In this document: one piece after another, positions 9,741 through 21,710 of the stretch
Layout of the letters: the number at the start of each line of letters is the position of its first letter
Numbering within the stretch: the stretch's first letter is position 1
Assembly: GCA_021739695.1 (NCBI GenBank)
Contig: JAIPBM010000023.1
Span: forward strand, 1,156 to 65,155
Origin: Flavobacteriales bacterium
GTDB taxonomy: Bacteria; Bacteroidota; Bacteroidia; UBA10329
Direction: 5' to 3'
DNA length: 64,000 bases
The notes under the pieces: model-generated
What the model was told of the DNA's origin: nothing
Seen by the model: only the letters and a program-made list of their open reading frames with translations
Databases searched by the model: none
Translations under genes and position numbers: made by a program

Positions 9741-10836
9741 CGGTAGCTGGCTTATCTTTTTTCGGTTCTTTCTGTACTCGTTTGGGCATTTTTATATGCG
9801 TACCCAAATTGGTTGAAATCGAAATCTGGTTGGTTCCACCAGCCAAGTGGTACGTGGCGCGGCTGTATGAAAATGTGAATCGATTGACCTTGATTCCAAT
9901 TCCCCACGAGAATCCGACTGTTGCAGGTTTGCTGGCCACTTTGAATTCTTGGCGTCTGCCGTAGTTATATCCAGCACGAATAAAGATTCTTCGGGCAATG
10001 GTCAACTCCGTACTGAAAATGAAATGCCGCATGATGGCATCTCCAACGTTCGATTTCTGCTTGATCGCTTCGCCAGTAAGCGGATCAATGTCTGGAGGAG
10101 AATTGGTTGGGTCTTTGTAAGTAAGATCTGGTTTCTGAAGGTCCACAATGGTCATTGACAAGCGAAGTGGAATGTATTTCAGTTTATGACTGACTCCAAG
10201 ATCCAAGCTAAGCGGAAGGGGCTCGTACTGACCAGTAACATATGGCTTCAATTGAGAACCAAGATTTCGCGCTACCAAACTTACTGTCCAATTTTTCTGT
10301 GGATGATAAAACGTTGCCGCTAGGTCAACCGCCATTCCAACACTGCTGTAATCGGCCAGTTGTGAATAAATGAGTTTAAGATTCGCTCCGGTAGAGAAGA
10401 ATTTTCCAAATGGGCGTGCATACGTAGCGTGAAGCAGCGTCTCGTTGGCCGAAAAGTTTCCTTGAACGGTTCCGTTCACATCCGCTCGCGTAAAATTTCC
10501 ATAATTGGCATACATCACGCCAAATGCCATGTTGCCGATCTTATTGAACGTGTGTCCGTAGCCAATGTATCCGTAGTTGATGCCACCATAATAATTGGTG
10601 AAATCAGTGACGAGATACTTGTTCATGGAACTGTCCAAAATGGCCGGATTCAAGTAAACCAGATCAAGATCCCCGTCTTTGATGGCAATTTGATCACCAC
10701 CCATCGCTGCATTTCGGGCCGAAGCCGTCATGTCCATAAAACTATAGGTAGAACTTCCACCAAGCTGCGCAAATGCAGCAGAAGCAGAAAGTGTAAAGGC
10801 AAGGATGGATAGGAGTCGAATTCGCATCAATGGCAA
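9733..10836 (-). CDS. outer-membrane beta-barrel protein, T9SS-associated PorQ/PorV-like (FadL-like) family
   Basis: Signal peptide, Gly/Tyr/Asn-rich beta-strand pattern, C-terminal aromatic-rich strands. The exact family is uncertain. Confidence 0.45.
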   Translation of the reverse strand: MPLMRIRLLSILAFTLSASAAFAQLGGSSTYSFMDMTASARNAAMGGDQIAIKDGDLDLVYLNPAILDSSMNKYLVTDFTNYYGGINYGYIGYGHTFNKIGNMAFGVMYANYGNFTRADVNGTVQGNFSANETLLHATYARPFGKFFSTGANLKLIYSQLADYSSVGMAVDLAATFYHPQKNWTVSLVARNLGSQLKPYVTGQYEPLPLSLDLGVSHKLKYIPLRLSMTIVDLQKPDLTYKDPTNSPPDIDPLTGEAIKQKSNVGDAIMRHFIFSTELTIARRIFIRAGYNYGRRQEFKVASKPATVGFSWGIGIKVNRFTFSYSRATYHLAGGTNQISISTNLGTHIKMPKRVQKEPKKDKPATDG

Positions 10837-10895
10837 ATAAAAACATTATTTGTGGCCGAGGGAACGGACAAGGTCTAGACTTATTGCCTTACACA

Positions 10896-11756
10896 TCACA
10901 ATTGTGCAATTTTTACTGAAAAGCCTTGCGGAAAGTTCAATTCAGCAGGTTCATTTTCAAATAGACCAAAGACTGTTGATCCGCTTCCGGTCATTGCTGC
11001 ATAATCTGCTCCGAGTTCGTACAGTTTCATGTTCAAATCAGCAATAGCGGGATATTTTGGAAAGATCGATAGTTCAAAATCATTCTTCACGCTATGTTTC
11101 CAATGTGCCACATCCTTCGAAAGCGAGGAAAGAAGCAACGTTTCAGTTGCTTGCGGTCTAATTCCTTCGTACGCTTCCTTGGTTCCAATATGTATGTTAG
11201 GATTTACGAGAACGATCCAATAACCAGAAAGTTCAAGGTCAAATGGTTCAAGAATTTCTCCTCGCCCAGTAACGTATGCAGGCTTGTTTGAAACGAAAAA
11301 CGGACAATCGCTTCCAACTTTCGCAACAATTTCTTCAAGTTTTGTTTCTGTGATACCAAGGTCGAACATATCGTTGAGCATTACAGCTGCGAAAGCCGCA
11401 TCGGCACTTCCACCGCCTAAACCTGCTCCAATAGGAATGATCTTGTGCAAGTGCATTCGAACAGAAGGAAGCCCAAATTCTTGATGAAGCAAGTGATAAA
11501 CGCGTTCGCAGAGGTTCGGTTTTCCGTCAGAAACAATTTCAATTCCTGATGAAGTGAAAGTCACTTTCCCTTTTCCCTTGTCGGCAACAATTTCTAAGAT
11601 GTCGTGCCACGGAATAGGGTAGAAGACACTTTCAATATCATGGAAGCCATCCGCACGTTTGCGAATAACGTTCAGTCCAAGATTGATCTTTGCGTTTGGG
11701 TAAGAAATCACGGAGGCGAAATTAGAATTCACTTCGGTCTGCATCATTAAATTCAT
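10896..11756 (-). CDS. ispE: 4-diphosphocytidyl-2-C-methyl-D-erythritol kinase
   Basis: YPNAKINLGLNV...GHKIIPIGAGLGGGSADAA, GHMP-kinase motifs. Confidence 0.9.
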   Translation of the reverse strand: MNLMMQTEVNSNFASVISYPNAKINLGLNVIRKRADGFHDIESVFYPIPWHDILEIVADKGKGKVTFTSSGIEIVSDGKPNLCERVYHLLHQEFGLPSVRMHLHKIIPIGAGLGGGSADAAFAAVMLNDMFDLGITETKLEEIVAKVGSDCPFFVSNKPAYVTGRGEILEPFDLELSGYWIVLVNPNIHIGTKEAYEGIRPQATETLLLSSLSKDVAHWKHSVKNDFELSIFPKYPAIADLNMKLYELGADYAAMTGSGSTVFGLFENEPAELNFPQGFSVKIAQL

Positions 11757-11828
11757 TCGTACATCTGTTTAAGAACACAGATTTTTTCTGAAATTGAATA
11801 ACATTACTCGATCAACATCCAAAACGGA

Positions 11829-11960
11829 ATGGGCATTGCAACCAAAATAGTTCTGATTCTGATAGCGCTTCATTTGATCATCGGTTTCGGATGGCTCATG
11901 TATAAGTTATCGCCACAGAAGCATGATGGTGATGACGACAAAGCGGAAGGCGCTGAATAG
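11829..11960 (+). CDS. possible small membrane protein (43 aa; not in the supplied ORF track)
   Basis: ATG-initiated ORF MGIATKIVLILIALHLIIGFGWLMYKLSPQKHDGDDDKAEGAE. One clean TM helix plus an acidic tail, in the ispE-fadH intergenic gap. Confidence 0.3.
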   Translation: MGIATKIVLILIALHLIIGFGWLMYKLSPQKHDGDDDKAEGAE

Positions 11961-12040
11961 CGGCCAATTCCTAAACGTCAACTTTTCGGGAATAATTATG
12001 AAATTCGCACAATGAATTTGCAATGCATGCATTGCTTTAA

Positions 12041-14077
<2,037 letters not shown>

Positions 14078-14089
14078 TTTGGCGGCTGA

Positions 14090-15553
14090 ATGCTGAATTA
14101 TCTTAAAACCCACAAACTCGCATGGCTGGTCACAGCGGTGTATGGCGTGGTTTTCTGTCTGATCTCGCTGATCAATCACTACAATTTCAGAACCTACGGG
14201 CTCGATCTGGGCATTTACACCCATGGGATCTATAGCTATTCTCACCTGCATTGGCATCAATTCACGCTTGGATTGGAAGGTGAATCATTCAATCATTTGG
14301 GGAATCATTTCTCACCGATTGTCGCGCTGCTTTCGCCCTTCTATTACCTTTTCGGGACCTACACGCTTCTGATTCTTCAGATTGCTGCCATTGTCTTTGG
14401 CGGGTGGGGCATTTATCTATTTGCGAAGGAACGACTGGAAGGATTTCAGCCAGAGTTGGTCATGGTGCTATTCTTCAGCATGTGGGGCATTTATTCGGCC
14501 TTGGCTTACGATTGGCATGCGAACGTGATGGCCGCCATGTTCGTGCCATGGTTCATCCTGTTCTACGAACGAAAAGATTGGAAAAAAGCCATGATGATGT
14601 TCGTCCTAGTGCTCATTTGCAAAGAAAACATGGCTGTTTGGATGGCTGCGATCTTAGCTGGATTGGCCGTTCGTGATTTCTTCCTAAAACCGAATCAGAC
14701 CAACTGGCTTTTCCTTGGTTCATTACTTGGTTCAGCTATAGTTTATTTTCTCGTTGTTCAGGCGGTCATCATGCCTGCACTGAACACGGCAGGTGTTTCT
14801 GATCATCTCGGTAATTACAGCCATTTGGGTAACGGACCGGTTGGAGTAATCAAGACCATGCTTGGTAAGCCACGGCACATTTTCTATCTGATGTTTGAGA
14901 GTTTGCAGAACGATCCTTTAACCTTCATGCTCAAATCACAGTTGCATTTCATGGTATTGGTTTCTGGTGGATTTGCTTTGATCTATCGTCCACATTACCT
15001 CATCACGCTAGCGCCCATTTACGCGCAGAAATTGTTGTCGTCAAATCCAGCGCATTGGGGCGTTTATTCTCAATATTCGATTGAGTTCGCGCCCATCATT
15101 GCATTGGCTTTTGTTGAATGGATGCAGCATTTTCCTTTCGAAAAGTGGAAGACGACTTTGCTTATTGGTACGATTGCCACGGCAACGTTTTTCAATTGGC
15201 ATCCAACACGACCGAATACGGGTTTTTATCAATCGGCACATTACCAATCGGGATTGAACTCAGAAGCCATTTACAATGCGTTGGAATTAATTCCTGCCGA
15301 TGCGGTTGTTTCGGCAAGTAATGTGATTGTGCCGCATGTTGCTGATCGGGAAAAAATCTATTTGTTTCCAGTTGTAAAGGATGCGGATTATCTGGCCATT
15401 CTAACTCACGGCCGCGACCTTTATCCAGTTGATAGTCTCGAATTTCCGCAGAAAATGGTGGAACTTAGAAGCGATTCCTTGAACGAGATCATTTATGACG
15501 AGAATGATTTCCTCATCATCAAACGGAAAGTTATTTCCGAAGGAATGAGATAA
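14090..15553 (+). CDS. polytopic membrane protein, DUF2079 family
   Basis: 487 aa with >10 TM helices. N-terminal sequence resembles DUF2079 proteins. Confidence 0.55.
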   Translation: MLNYLKTHKLAWLVTAVYGVVFCLISLINHYNFRTYGLDLGIYTHGIYSYSHLHWHQFTLGLEGESFNHLGNHFSPIVALLSPFYYLFGTYTLLILQIAAIVFGGWGIYLFAKERLEGFQPELVMVLFFSMWGIYSALAYDWHANVMAAMFVPWFILFYERKDWKKAMMMFVLVLICKENMAVWMAAILAGLAVRDFFLKPNQTNWLFLGSLLGSAIVYFLVVQAVIMPALNTAGVSDHLGNYSHLGNGPVGVIKTMLGKPRHIFYLMFESLQNDPLTFMLKSQLHFMVLVSGGFALIYRPHYLITLAPIYAQKLLSSNPAHWGVYSQYSIEFAPIIALAFVEWMQHFPFEKWKTTLLIGTIATATFFNWHPTRPNTGFYQSAHYQSGLNSEAIYNALELIPADAVVSASNVIVPHVADREKIYLFPVVKDADYLAILTHGRDLYPVDSLEFPQKMVELRSDSLNEIIYDENDFLIIKRKVISEGMR

Positions 15554-16475
15554 AATCAGCCACTGATCTTTCAGGAATTTCTTCCATCGGAACGTGACCC
15601 ATGTTTTCGTAGATCAAGAGTTCTGAATTTGGAATGTCGGCATGGAACTTAGCCGCAGCTTCCACATTTACCAATCCATCCGAATCTCCCCACATGATAA
15701 GTGTTGGACATTTGATCTGTTTGACTTCTTCAGAATGATCGTAATTGATCTGTCGCGTCTTGCCCATCAAACCAGCGCGGTTTCCTTCGCGAAGCAATAA
15801 TTCGTGATAACGTTCCACCAATTCCTCTGTGATCTTCCAATCATCGAAATAAACCACTTTGACCGATTTTCTTACCAACGATTGAGGCGTAAGATGCAGC
15901 AAAACAGGTTTCATCCAGTCCATTTTCTGAAGTTTGAAACTTACAGGCGTAGGCTGATCTCCACGTGGATAACCGCTTGAATTGAGCACAGCCAACTTCT
16001 TCACCTTATCGGGATGATTGACAGCAAAGCTCCATGCCATATATCCACCGAAGGAATTACCGGCCATGTAGCACGTGTCCACATTCAGTTTCAGTAAAAC
16101 ATCTTCAATGAATTTTTGGTACCGTTCGCGGGTGTAATTGTCGTTCGGTTCAGGTCCAGTAATGCCGAAACCGGGCATATCGAAACTCACCACGCGGTAA
16201 TATTTCGAAAGTTCGTTCGTCCAGCCTTCCCAAGTGTGCAAAGAGGAAGCCGTTCCATGCAAAAGCACCACCGTTTCGCCTGTGTCGCCATTGATGCGAT
16301 AATGAACCTGCATGCCATCCAATTCTACGAACTGCGAATTGTCGTAAGCATATTTTTCGATGATCTCTTCAACCGGAATATCATCATGCCAAGAAGATGC
16401 TATGAATCCACAGACGAGACCAACTAGGCCGATAAGAATAAGACGGATGGCTATTTTCATTTTGATTTGGTTCAA
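15531..16475 (-). CDS. alpha/beta-fold hydrolase
   Basis: HGTASS oxyanion region, GNSFGG nucleophile elbow, C-terminal His. Signal peptide or TM at the N-terminus. Confidence 0.8.
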   Translation of the reverse strand: MNQIKMKIAIRLILIGLVGLVCGFIASSWHDDIPVEEIIEKYAYDNSQFVELDGMQVHYRINGDTGETVVLLHGTASSLHTWEGWTNELSKYYRVVSFDMPGFGITGPEPNDNYTRERYQKFIEDVLLKLNVDTCYMAGNSFGGYMAWSFAVNHPDKVKKLAVLNSSGYPRGDQPTPVSFKLQKMDWMKPVLLHLTPQSLVRKSVKVVYFDDWKITEELVERYHELLLREGNRAGLMGKTRQINYDHSEEVKQIKCPTLIMWGDSDGLVNVEAAAKFHADIPNSELLIYENMGHVPMEEIPERSVADFISFLRK

Positions 16476-17347
16476 AGATGCTTCGGTCGCTCTGGTTCAG
16501 AATGCTGAATTACAGAACGAATCTCATCTTTTTCGATGATAATGAGTTTTTGCTTGTAAAGTCCTCCGATGGCTTTTTTGAAGAGTTTCTTACTCATATG
16601 TAATTGTTCCTCAATGTCTTCGGGTGCGCTTTTGTCGGATAGGTGAAGAACCCCTTTGTTTCGGTTCAATGCATCCAAAATCTTACGAGAGTTGGGTTCG
16701 ATGCTTGCCACTCCCAACGGTTCAAGGCTTACATCGATCTTACCGTCTTCACGAACCAGTTTGATGTAGCCTTTGGTTTCATCACCAACCTCAATTGGTC
16801 GAAAAACCTCGTTTTCATACACCAATCCACCGTGCTTACGATTGATCATTACCTGAAAACCAAGTTCGGTTTCATTATAAACTACAAGATCGACTTCTTG
16901 ACCAGTTTTTAATTGGATGTCAGATTGATCCAATAGTTTTCCGATGCGCGGAGTTGCCACTAAGCGTTCCGATTTTTCGTCCAGGAAAACGCCAACTAAA
17001 TATTTTTTGCCCACTTCCATTTGTTCCACCATTTCGGCATACGGAACAAAAAGATGTTTCTCCAAACCCCAGTCCAAAAACGCTCCGATCCGATTCACAG
17101 AATGAACTTCAAGCCATTCGAATTTACCCAACGAAATGCGTGGTGTCTGAGTAGTGGCAACAGGGCGTTCTTCGGTATCCAAGTAAACGAAAACAGTGAG
17201 TTCATCGCCTTCTTGCATGCCTGGTTTCAGGTATTTGTTGGGCAATAGGATAACGTCATCGTAGCCAGCATCTGGCTCGCCCAAATAGGCACCAACGCTG
17301 GTAAATCTGTGAATGGTAAGTGTATTGTATTCGCCTATTTTGAACAC
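16472..17347 (-). CDS. S1 RNA-binding domain protein, CvfB/YitL family
   Basis: Repeated S1-like units and a C-terminal winged-helix; N-terminus EYNTLTIHRFTSVGAYL. Confidence 0.7.
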   Translation of the reverse strand: MFKIGEYNTLTIHRFTSVGAYLGEPDAGYDDVILLPNKYLKPGMQEGDELTVFVYLDTEERPVATTQTPRISLGKFEWLEVHSVNRIGAFLDWGLEKHLFVPYAEMVEQMEVGKKYLVGVFLDEKSERLVATPRIGKLLDQSDIQLKTGQEVDLVVYNETELGFQVMINRKHGGLVYENEVFRPIEVGDETKGYIKLVREDGKIDVSLEPLGVASIEPNSRKILDALNRNKGVLHLSDKSAPEDIEEQLHMSKKLFKKAIGGLYKQKLIIIEKDEIRSVIQHSEPERPKHL

Positions 17348-17383
17348 GAATTTTGAATTAAGAATGATGAATTAATAGTTGGT

Positions 17384-18853
17384 TCAAAGCTCTTTTCTGA
17401 GCCGTGCAACTGGAATTCCCAATTGCTCGCGGTATTTGGCAACGGTTCTTCTAGCAATGATGTAGCCTTTTTCTTTGAGCAACGCAGCCAATTTTTCATC
17501 GGCCAAGGGATGGTTTTTTTCCTCGCCTTCAATCGCATCGCTCAAAATCTTTTTCACTTCCCTAGAACTTACTTCTTCGCCACTTTCTGTGGTCAACGAT
17601 TCAGAGAAAAAGGATTTTAATAAGAAAGTCCCGAATTGAGTTTGAACGTATTTGCTGTTCGCAACGCGAGAAATGGTGGAAATATCCAAGCCAACGATGT
17701 CTGAAATATCCTTCAGGATCATCGGTTTCAACTTCGTTTCATCTCCCGTGAGGAAATATTCTTTCTGATATTCCATAATGGCATCCATGGTGCCATAAAG
17801 TGTCATCTGTCGTTGCAGAATGGCATCAATGAACCATTTGGCGCCATCCAACTTTTGCTTTACAAACTGTACAGCTTCCTTCTGTTCTCTATTGGCCTTT
17901 CCCTTTGTTTCTGAATAGGCGCGAAGCATTTGCTTGTACTCGTTACTTACTTTCAGTTGAGGCGCATTTCGCCCGTTCAGTGTCAATTCGAGCTTGCCAT
18001 CTTCATTATTGATCATGAAATCGGCAACGATGTTCTGAACAACTTTCGTGCTGTCGGAAAGTGAATTTCCAGGACGAGGATTGAGTTTTAGGACCTCATC
18101 AAGCACCTTTTTCAATTCGTCTTCTTCGATATGAAGTCGTTGACAGATTTTGGTGTAATGCTTTTTCGAAAACTCATCCATCATATTGGAGATGAGTTCT
18201 TTAGCAAGATGAACAGTGTCTGTTTCTTCCTTGCGGTTTAACTGCAATAGAAGACATTCTTGCAAGTTTCTAGCACCAACTCCAGCAGGTTCAAAGCTTT
18301 GTATCACATCCAACAGGTCTTCAACTTCATCTTCGTTGGTGTGAATGTTCTGGGTAAAAGCGAGGTCGTCAACAATGGCATAAACCTCTCTGCGTAAATA
18401 ACCGTCATCGTCTAAATTCCCAATGATGGTCTCGGCAATCGTCCGCTGCTGTTCAGAAAGAACGCGCATTCCAAGCTGTTCATCAAGCAATTCGCGAAAA
18501 CTGAAACCACCGCTCAGCGGCATTTCGCGCTCCTCGTCATCGGGGCTCGTGTTATTCGCGTAAAGCTTGTAGTCAGGAATGTCATCGTCATCCAAATAAT
18601 CCTCTATCGTGAATTCGTCATCCGCGCTAGAGTCTTCCTCAAAATCATCCTGATCGTCATTCTGAAGATCTGACAGTTCATCATCAAACTCATCGCCTTC
18701 TGGTCCTTCTTCCAAAGCTGGATTTACTTCCAACTCTTCCTTGATGCGCTGTTCAAGTGCGATTGTAGGTATCTGAAGCAACTTCATCAGCTGGATCTGC
18801 TGAGGCGAAAGTCGCTGTAATTGCTTCTGCTGTAATCGTTGTTTCATTGCCAT
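17384..18853 (-). CDS. rpoN: RNA polymerase sigma-54 factor
   Basis: Acidic region II, then C-terminal RpoN box ARRTVAKYREQLGIPVARLR. Confidence 0.9.
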   Translation of the reverse strand: MAMKQRLQQKQLQRLSPQQIQLMKLLQIPTIALEQRIKEELEVNPALEEGPEGDEFDDELSDLQNDDQDDFEEDSSADDEFTIEDYLDDDDIPDYKLYANNTSPDDEEREMPLSGGFSFRELLDEQLGMRVLSEQQRTIAETIIGNLDDDGYLRREVYAIVDDLAFTQNIHTNEDEVEDLLDVIQSFEPAGVGARNLQECLLLQLNRKEETDTVHLAKELISNMMDEFSKKHYTKICQRLHIEEDELKKVLDEVLKLNPRPGNSLSDSTKVVQNIVADFMINNEDGKLELTLNGRNAPQLKVSNEYKQMLRAYSETKGKANREQKEAVQFVKQKLDGAKWFIDAILQRQMTLYGTMDAIMEYQKEYFLTGDETKLKPMILKDISDIVGLDISTISRVANSKYVQTQFGTFLLKSFFSESLTTESGEEVSSREVKKILSDAIEGEEKNHPLADEKLAALLKEKGYIIARRTVAKYREQLGIPVARLRKEL

Positions 18854-18999
18854 GGGAGTGGTCTTTTACGATTGGTCGAAGATCGGTATTCCAATTTGAG
18901 TGCCAAAGACAATTCAATGGTCAATTGGCAATTTACCGTTTTATAGATTGATTGCAATTATTCATCTCCAATTATAGATTTTTACAAAAACTGAACGGT

Positions 19000-19338
19000 A
19001 TGGCTTACAGCGAACATTTAGTAGAACGTGTGAGACTGCGGCTTCAAAAAGCCAACATTACGGACGAAAAAAAGATGATGGGTGGTTTCATTTTCATGGT
19101 CAATGGTAAGATGTGTATTGGCGTGGATAGAGATAAAACAACAGGAGAAGACCGTTTGATGGTTCGTGTTGGTAAGGCAAGGCACGATAAGCTGTTATTC
19201 AAAAACGGAAGTCGAGAAATGGATTTCACGGGCAAGACAATGCGCGGTTTTCTTTTCATATCGCCCGAAGGATTTGATGCGGAAAGTGATCTGGATTTTT
19301 GGACTGAGAAAGCGCTAGAATTCAACCAGATGATTTGA
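19000..19338 (+). CDS. TfoX N-terminal domain-containing protein
   Basis: MAYSEHLVERVR...KKMMGGFIFMVNGKMCIGV is a TfoX_N-like sequence. The ORF could extend to an upstream ATG at 18952. Confidence 0.6.
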   Translation: MAYSEHLVERVRLRLQKANITDEKKMMGGFIFMVNGKMCIGVDRDKTTGEDRLMVRVGKARHDKLLFKNGSREMDFTGKTMRGFLFISPEGFDAESDLDFWTEKALEFNQMI

Positions 19339-19404
19339 ATTCAATAAAAAATTTACCTTCGGCCGAATTCAAAAACGAGTTTAAGTAAACACAGATCAGG
19401 TACG

Positions 19405-19977
19405 ATGGAAAAGGAAATAATTGCGAGAAGCGGTTCAAAATGCGAATTGTGTGGTTCTGAAAAGGACTTGCAGTTTTATGTCGTTCCACCGAAATCTGCC
19501 GGTTCTACCGATAATGCTATCCATGCCTGTGGAACTTGTTTTGAACAATTGAATGATTCCGAAAAAGTAGATTCCAATCATTGGAGATGCCTAAATGATA
19601 GTATGTGGAGCACGGTTCCTGCAGTGCAGGTGGTTGCTTGGCGCATGCTTAATCAGCTAAAGGCAGAAGGTTGGCCGCAAGACCTGCTTGATATGATGTA
19701 TTTGGAAGATGAAACCGCTGAATGGGCAAAAGACGGAATGTTGCCAGAAGGCGAAGAGGCCATTATACATAGAGATAGTAATGGCGTGGTTCTGAGCTAC
19801 GGAGATTCTGTAGTGCTGATAAAGGATTTGAATGTGAAAGGGACAAGTATGGTGGCCAAGCGTGGCGAAGCTGTTCGCAACATTACATTGGTGCACGACA
19901 ATGCAGAACAGATCGAGGGCCGCGTAAACGGCCAAATGATCGTGATTCTAACGCAATACGTGAAGAAGACGAATTAG
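19405..19977 (+). CDS. phnA: PhnA/YjdC family protein
   Basis: N-terminal Cys4 zinc ribbon and a C-terminal PhnA domain ([11 protein letters not shown]...[13 protein letters not shown]). Confidence 0.8.
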   Translation: MEKEIIARSGSKCELCGSEKDLQFYVVPPKSAGSTDNAIHACGTCFEQLNDSEKVDSNHWRCLNDSMWSTVPAVQVVAWRMLNQLKAEGWPQDLLDMMYLEDETAEWAKDGMLPEGEEAIIHRDSNGVVLSYGDSVVLIKDLNVKGTSMVAKRGEAVRNITLVHDNAEQIEGRVNGQMIVILTQYVKKTN

Positions 19978-21416
19978 AATTCGCAGTTATTCGGAGTTCT
20001 TGGAAAAGGAATAACGTCTCGAACGTTTGTCATTCCAGTAATGAACATCATCAGTCGTTCGAAGCCAAGGCCAAAACCACTGTGTTCAACCGTTCCGAAT
20101 TTACGAGTGTCCATGTACCACCAAACGCTTTCGAGTGGAATGTGGAAGTCTTCGATTTTCTTCATCAGCACATCATAACGTTCCTCACGTTGTGATCCTC
20201 CTACAATTTCTCCAATGCCTGGAAATAGAATGTCCATCGCGGCCACTGTTTTTCCATCTTCATTCAGCTTCATGTAAAACGCCTTGATCTTAGCTGGATA
20301 ACCCGTAATGATCACTGGTTTTTGAAAGTGTTTCTCAACCAAGAAACGTTCGTGTTCGCTTTGAAGGTCAACACCCCATTCATCTACAGGGTATTCGAAT
20401 TTCTTCTTTTTGTTTGGTTGGCTGTTTTGGAGAATATCAACTGCTTCTGTATAAGTGATACGAGCAAAGTCATTGCTTACCACAAACTTCAGTTTGTCTA
20501 ACAGCTCCATTGGTTGGCGCTTATCCTGTGGCAGACTTTTTTCTTCTTCAGCTATTCGGTCGCTCAAGAATTTCAAGTCGTCCGGACAGGTTTCCATTAC
20601 ATATTTAATTGTCTCCTTGAGAAAATCCTCTGCAAGGTCCATGTTGTCGTAGATATCGTTGAAAGCAACTTCAGGTTCAATCATCCAGAATTCCGCCAAA
20701 TGGCGAGAGGTGTTGCTGTTTTCAGCACGGAATGTTGGTCCGAAAGTATAAACCTTCGAAAGTGCCATAGCGGCCAATTCTGCTTCCAACTGACCAGTTA
20801 CGCAAAGGTTAGTCTGCTTTCCGAAAAAATCTTCCGAATAATCTACTGCTCCATCTTCATTCAGCGGTGGGTTTTTAGGATCAAGCATCGTAACGCGGAA
20901 CATTTCTCCAGCGCCCTCGCCATCCGTACCTGTGAGAATAGGGGAGTGGATATTGAAGAATCCGCGATCATTGAAATACTTATGAATGGCAAATGTGAGT
21001 GCATGACGCACTCGGAAAACCGATCCGAATGTATTGGTCCGCATTCGCAAGTGTGCGTTCTCACGAAGAAACTCCAAACTGTGTTTTTTTGGCTGGATTG
21101 GAAATTTCTCAGGGTCTGCAATTCCATGAACCTTTACAGATGTCGCTTTTACTTCAACAGTTTGGCCTTTGCCCTCGCTGGCAACCAATTGTCCGACAAT
21201 GGAAACGCAAGCTCCCGTTGTCACTTCTTTAAGTGCTTCATCGCTAAACTGTTCCATGTCAAAAACGCACTGGAGGTTATTGACCGTAGAGCCATCATTC
21301 ATTGCTACGAAATTGACATATGCGTTTCCACGTTTCGTTCTTACCCATCCTCTTACCGTCACTTCACGGTCAATTTTGTCCGTGGTCAATAATTGTTTAA
21401 TGCTTTCCATTGCCAT
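19974..21416 (-). CDS. asnS: asparagine--tRNA ligase
   Basis: Class II aaRS motifs and the AsnRS C-terminus [29 protein letters not shown]. Confidence 0.9.
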   Translation of the reverse strand: MAMESIKQLLTTDKIDREVTVRGWVRTKRGNAYVNFVAMNDGSTVNNLQCVFDMEQFSDEALKEVTTGACVSIVGQLVASEGKGQTVEVKATSVKVHGIADPEKFPIQPKKHSLEFLRENAHLRMRTNTFGSVFRVRHALTFAIHKYFNDRGFFNIHSPILTGTDGEGAGEMFRVTMLDPKNPPLNEDGAVDYSEDFFGKQTNLCVTGQLEAELAAMALSKVYTFGPTFRAENSNTSRHLAEFWMIEPEVAFNDIYDNMDLAEDFLKETIKYVMETCPDDLKFLSDRIAEEEKSLPQDKRQPMELLDKLKFVVSNDFARITYTEAVDILQNSQPNKKKKFEYPVDEWGVDLQSEHERFLVEKHFQKPVIITGYPAKIKAFYMKLNEDGKTVAAMDILFPGIGEIVGGSQREERYDVLMKKIEDFHIPLESVWWYMDTRKFGTVEHSGFGLGFERLMMFITGMTNVRDVIPFPRTPNNCEF

Positions 21417-21606
21417 GTTTTTGAAGCGTGCAAAGATAGATGCTTAGATTATTGTGAAATGAGCCCGAAACGAATTGGCGAAGAAGATTTATACACCATG
21501 TATTCTGATGTGATTGGGCGGAAAAGATGTTTCGAAAGCTTCAAACCTGCCAAAGCAATTGAAATTTGAGCTTGAATTAACATGCGAGAACGGTTATTTA
21601 AATTAC

Positions 21607-21614
21607 TATTTTTG
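21607..21614 (+). promoter_or_regulatory. putative Bacteroidota -7 promoter element (TATTTTTG) upstream of rpsA
   Basis: TAnnTTTG match about 95 nt upstream of the rpsA start. Confidence 0.25.
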
Positions 21615-21710
21615 CAATCCCAAAAATGGGAGGCTCTTCCCGAACAAGAGTCGTATATAAAAACAATCTCTCTAACGATACGGGAACGTTGAGATACAAA
21701 TCTGACCAAC

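Noticed and set aside
20514-21392. 292-aa plus-strand ORF inside asnS
   Set aside because: Antisense to asnS, which has unambiguous class-II aaRS motifs. No domain signature.
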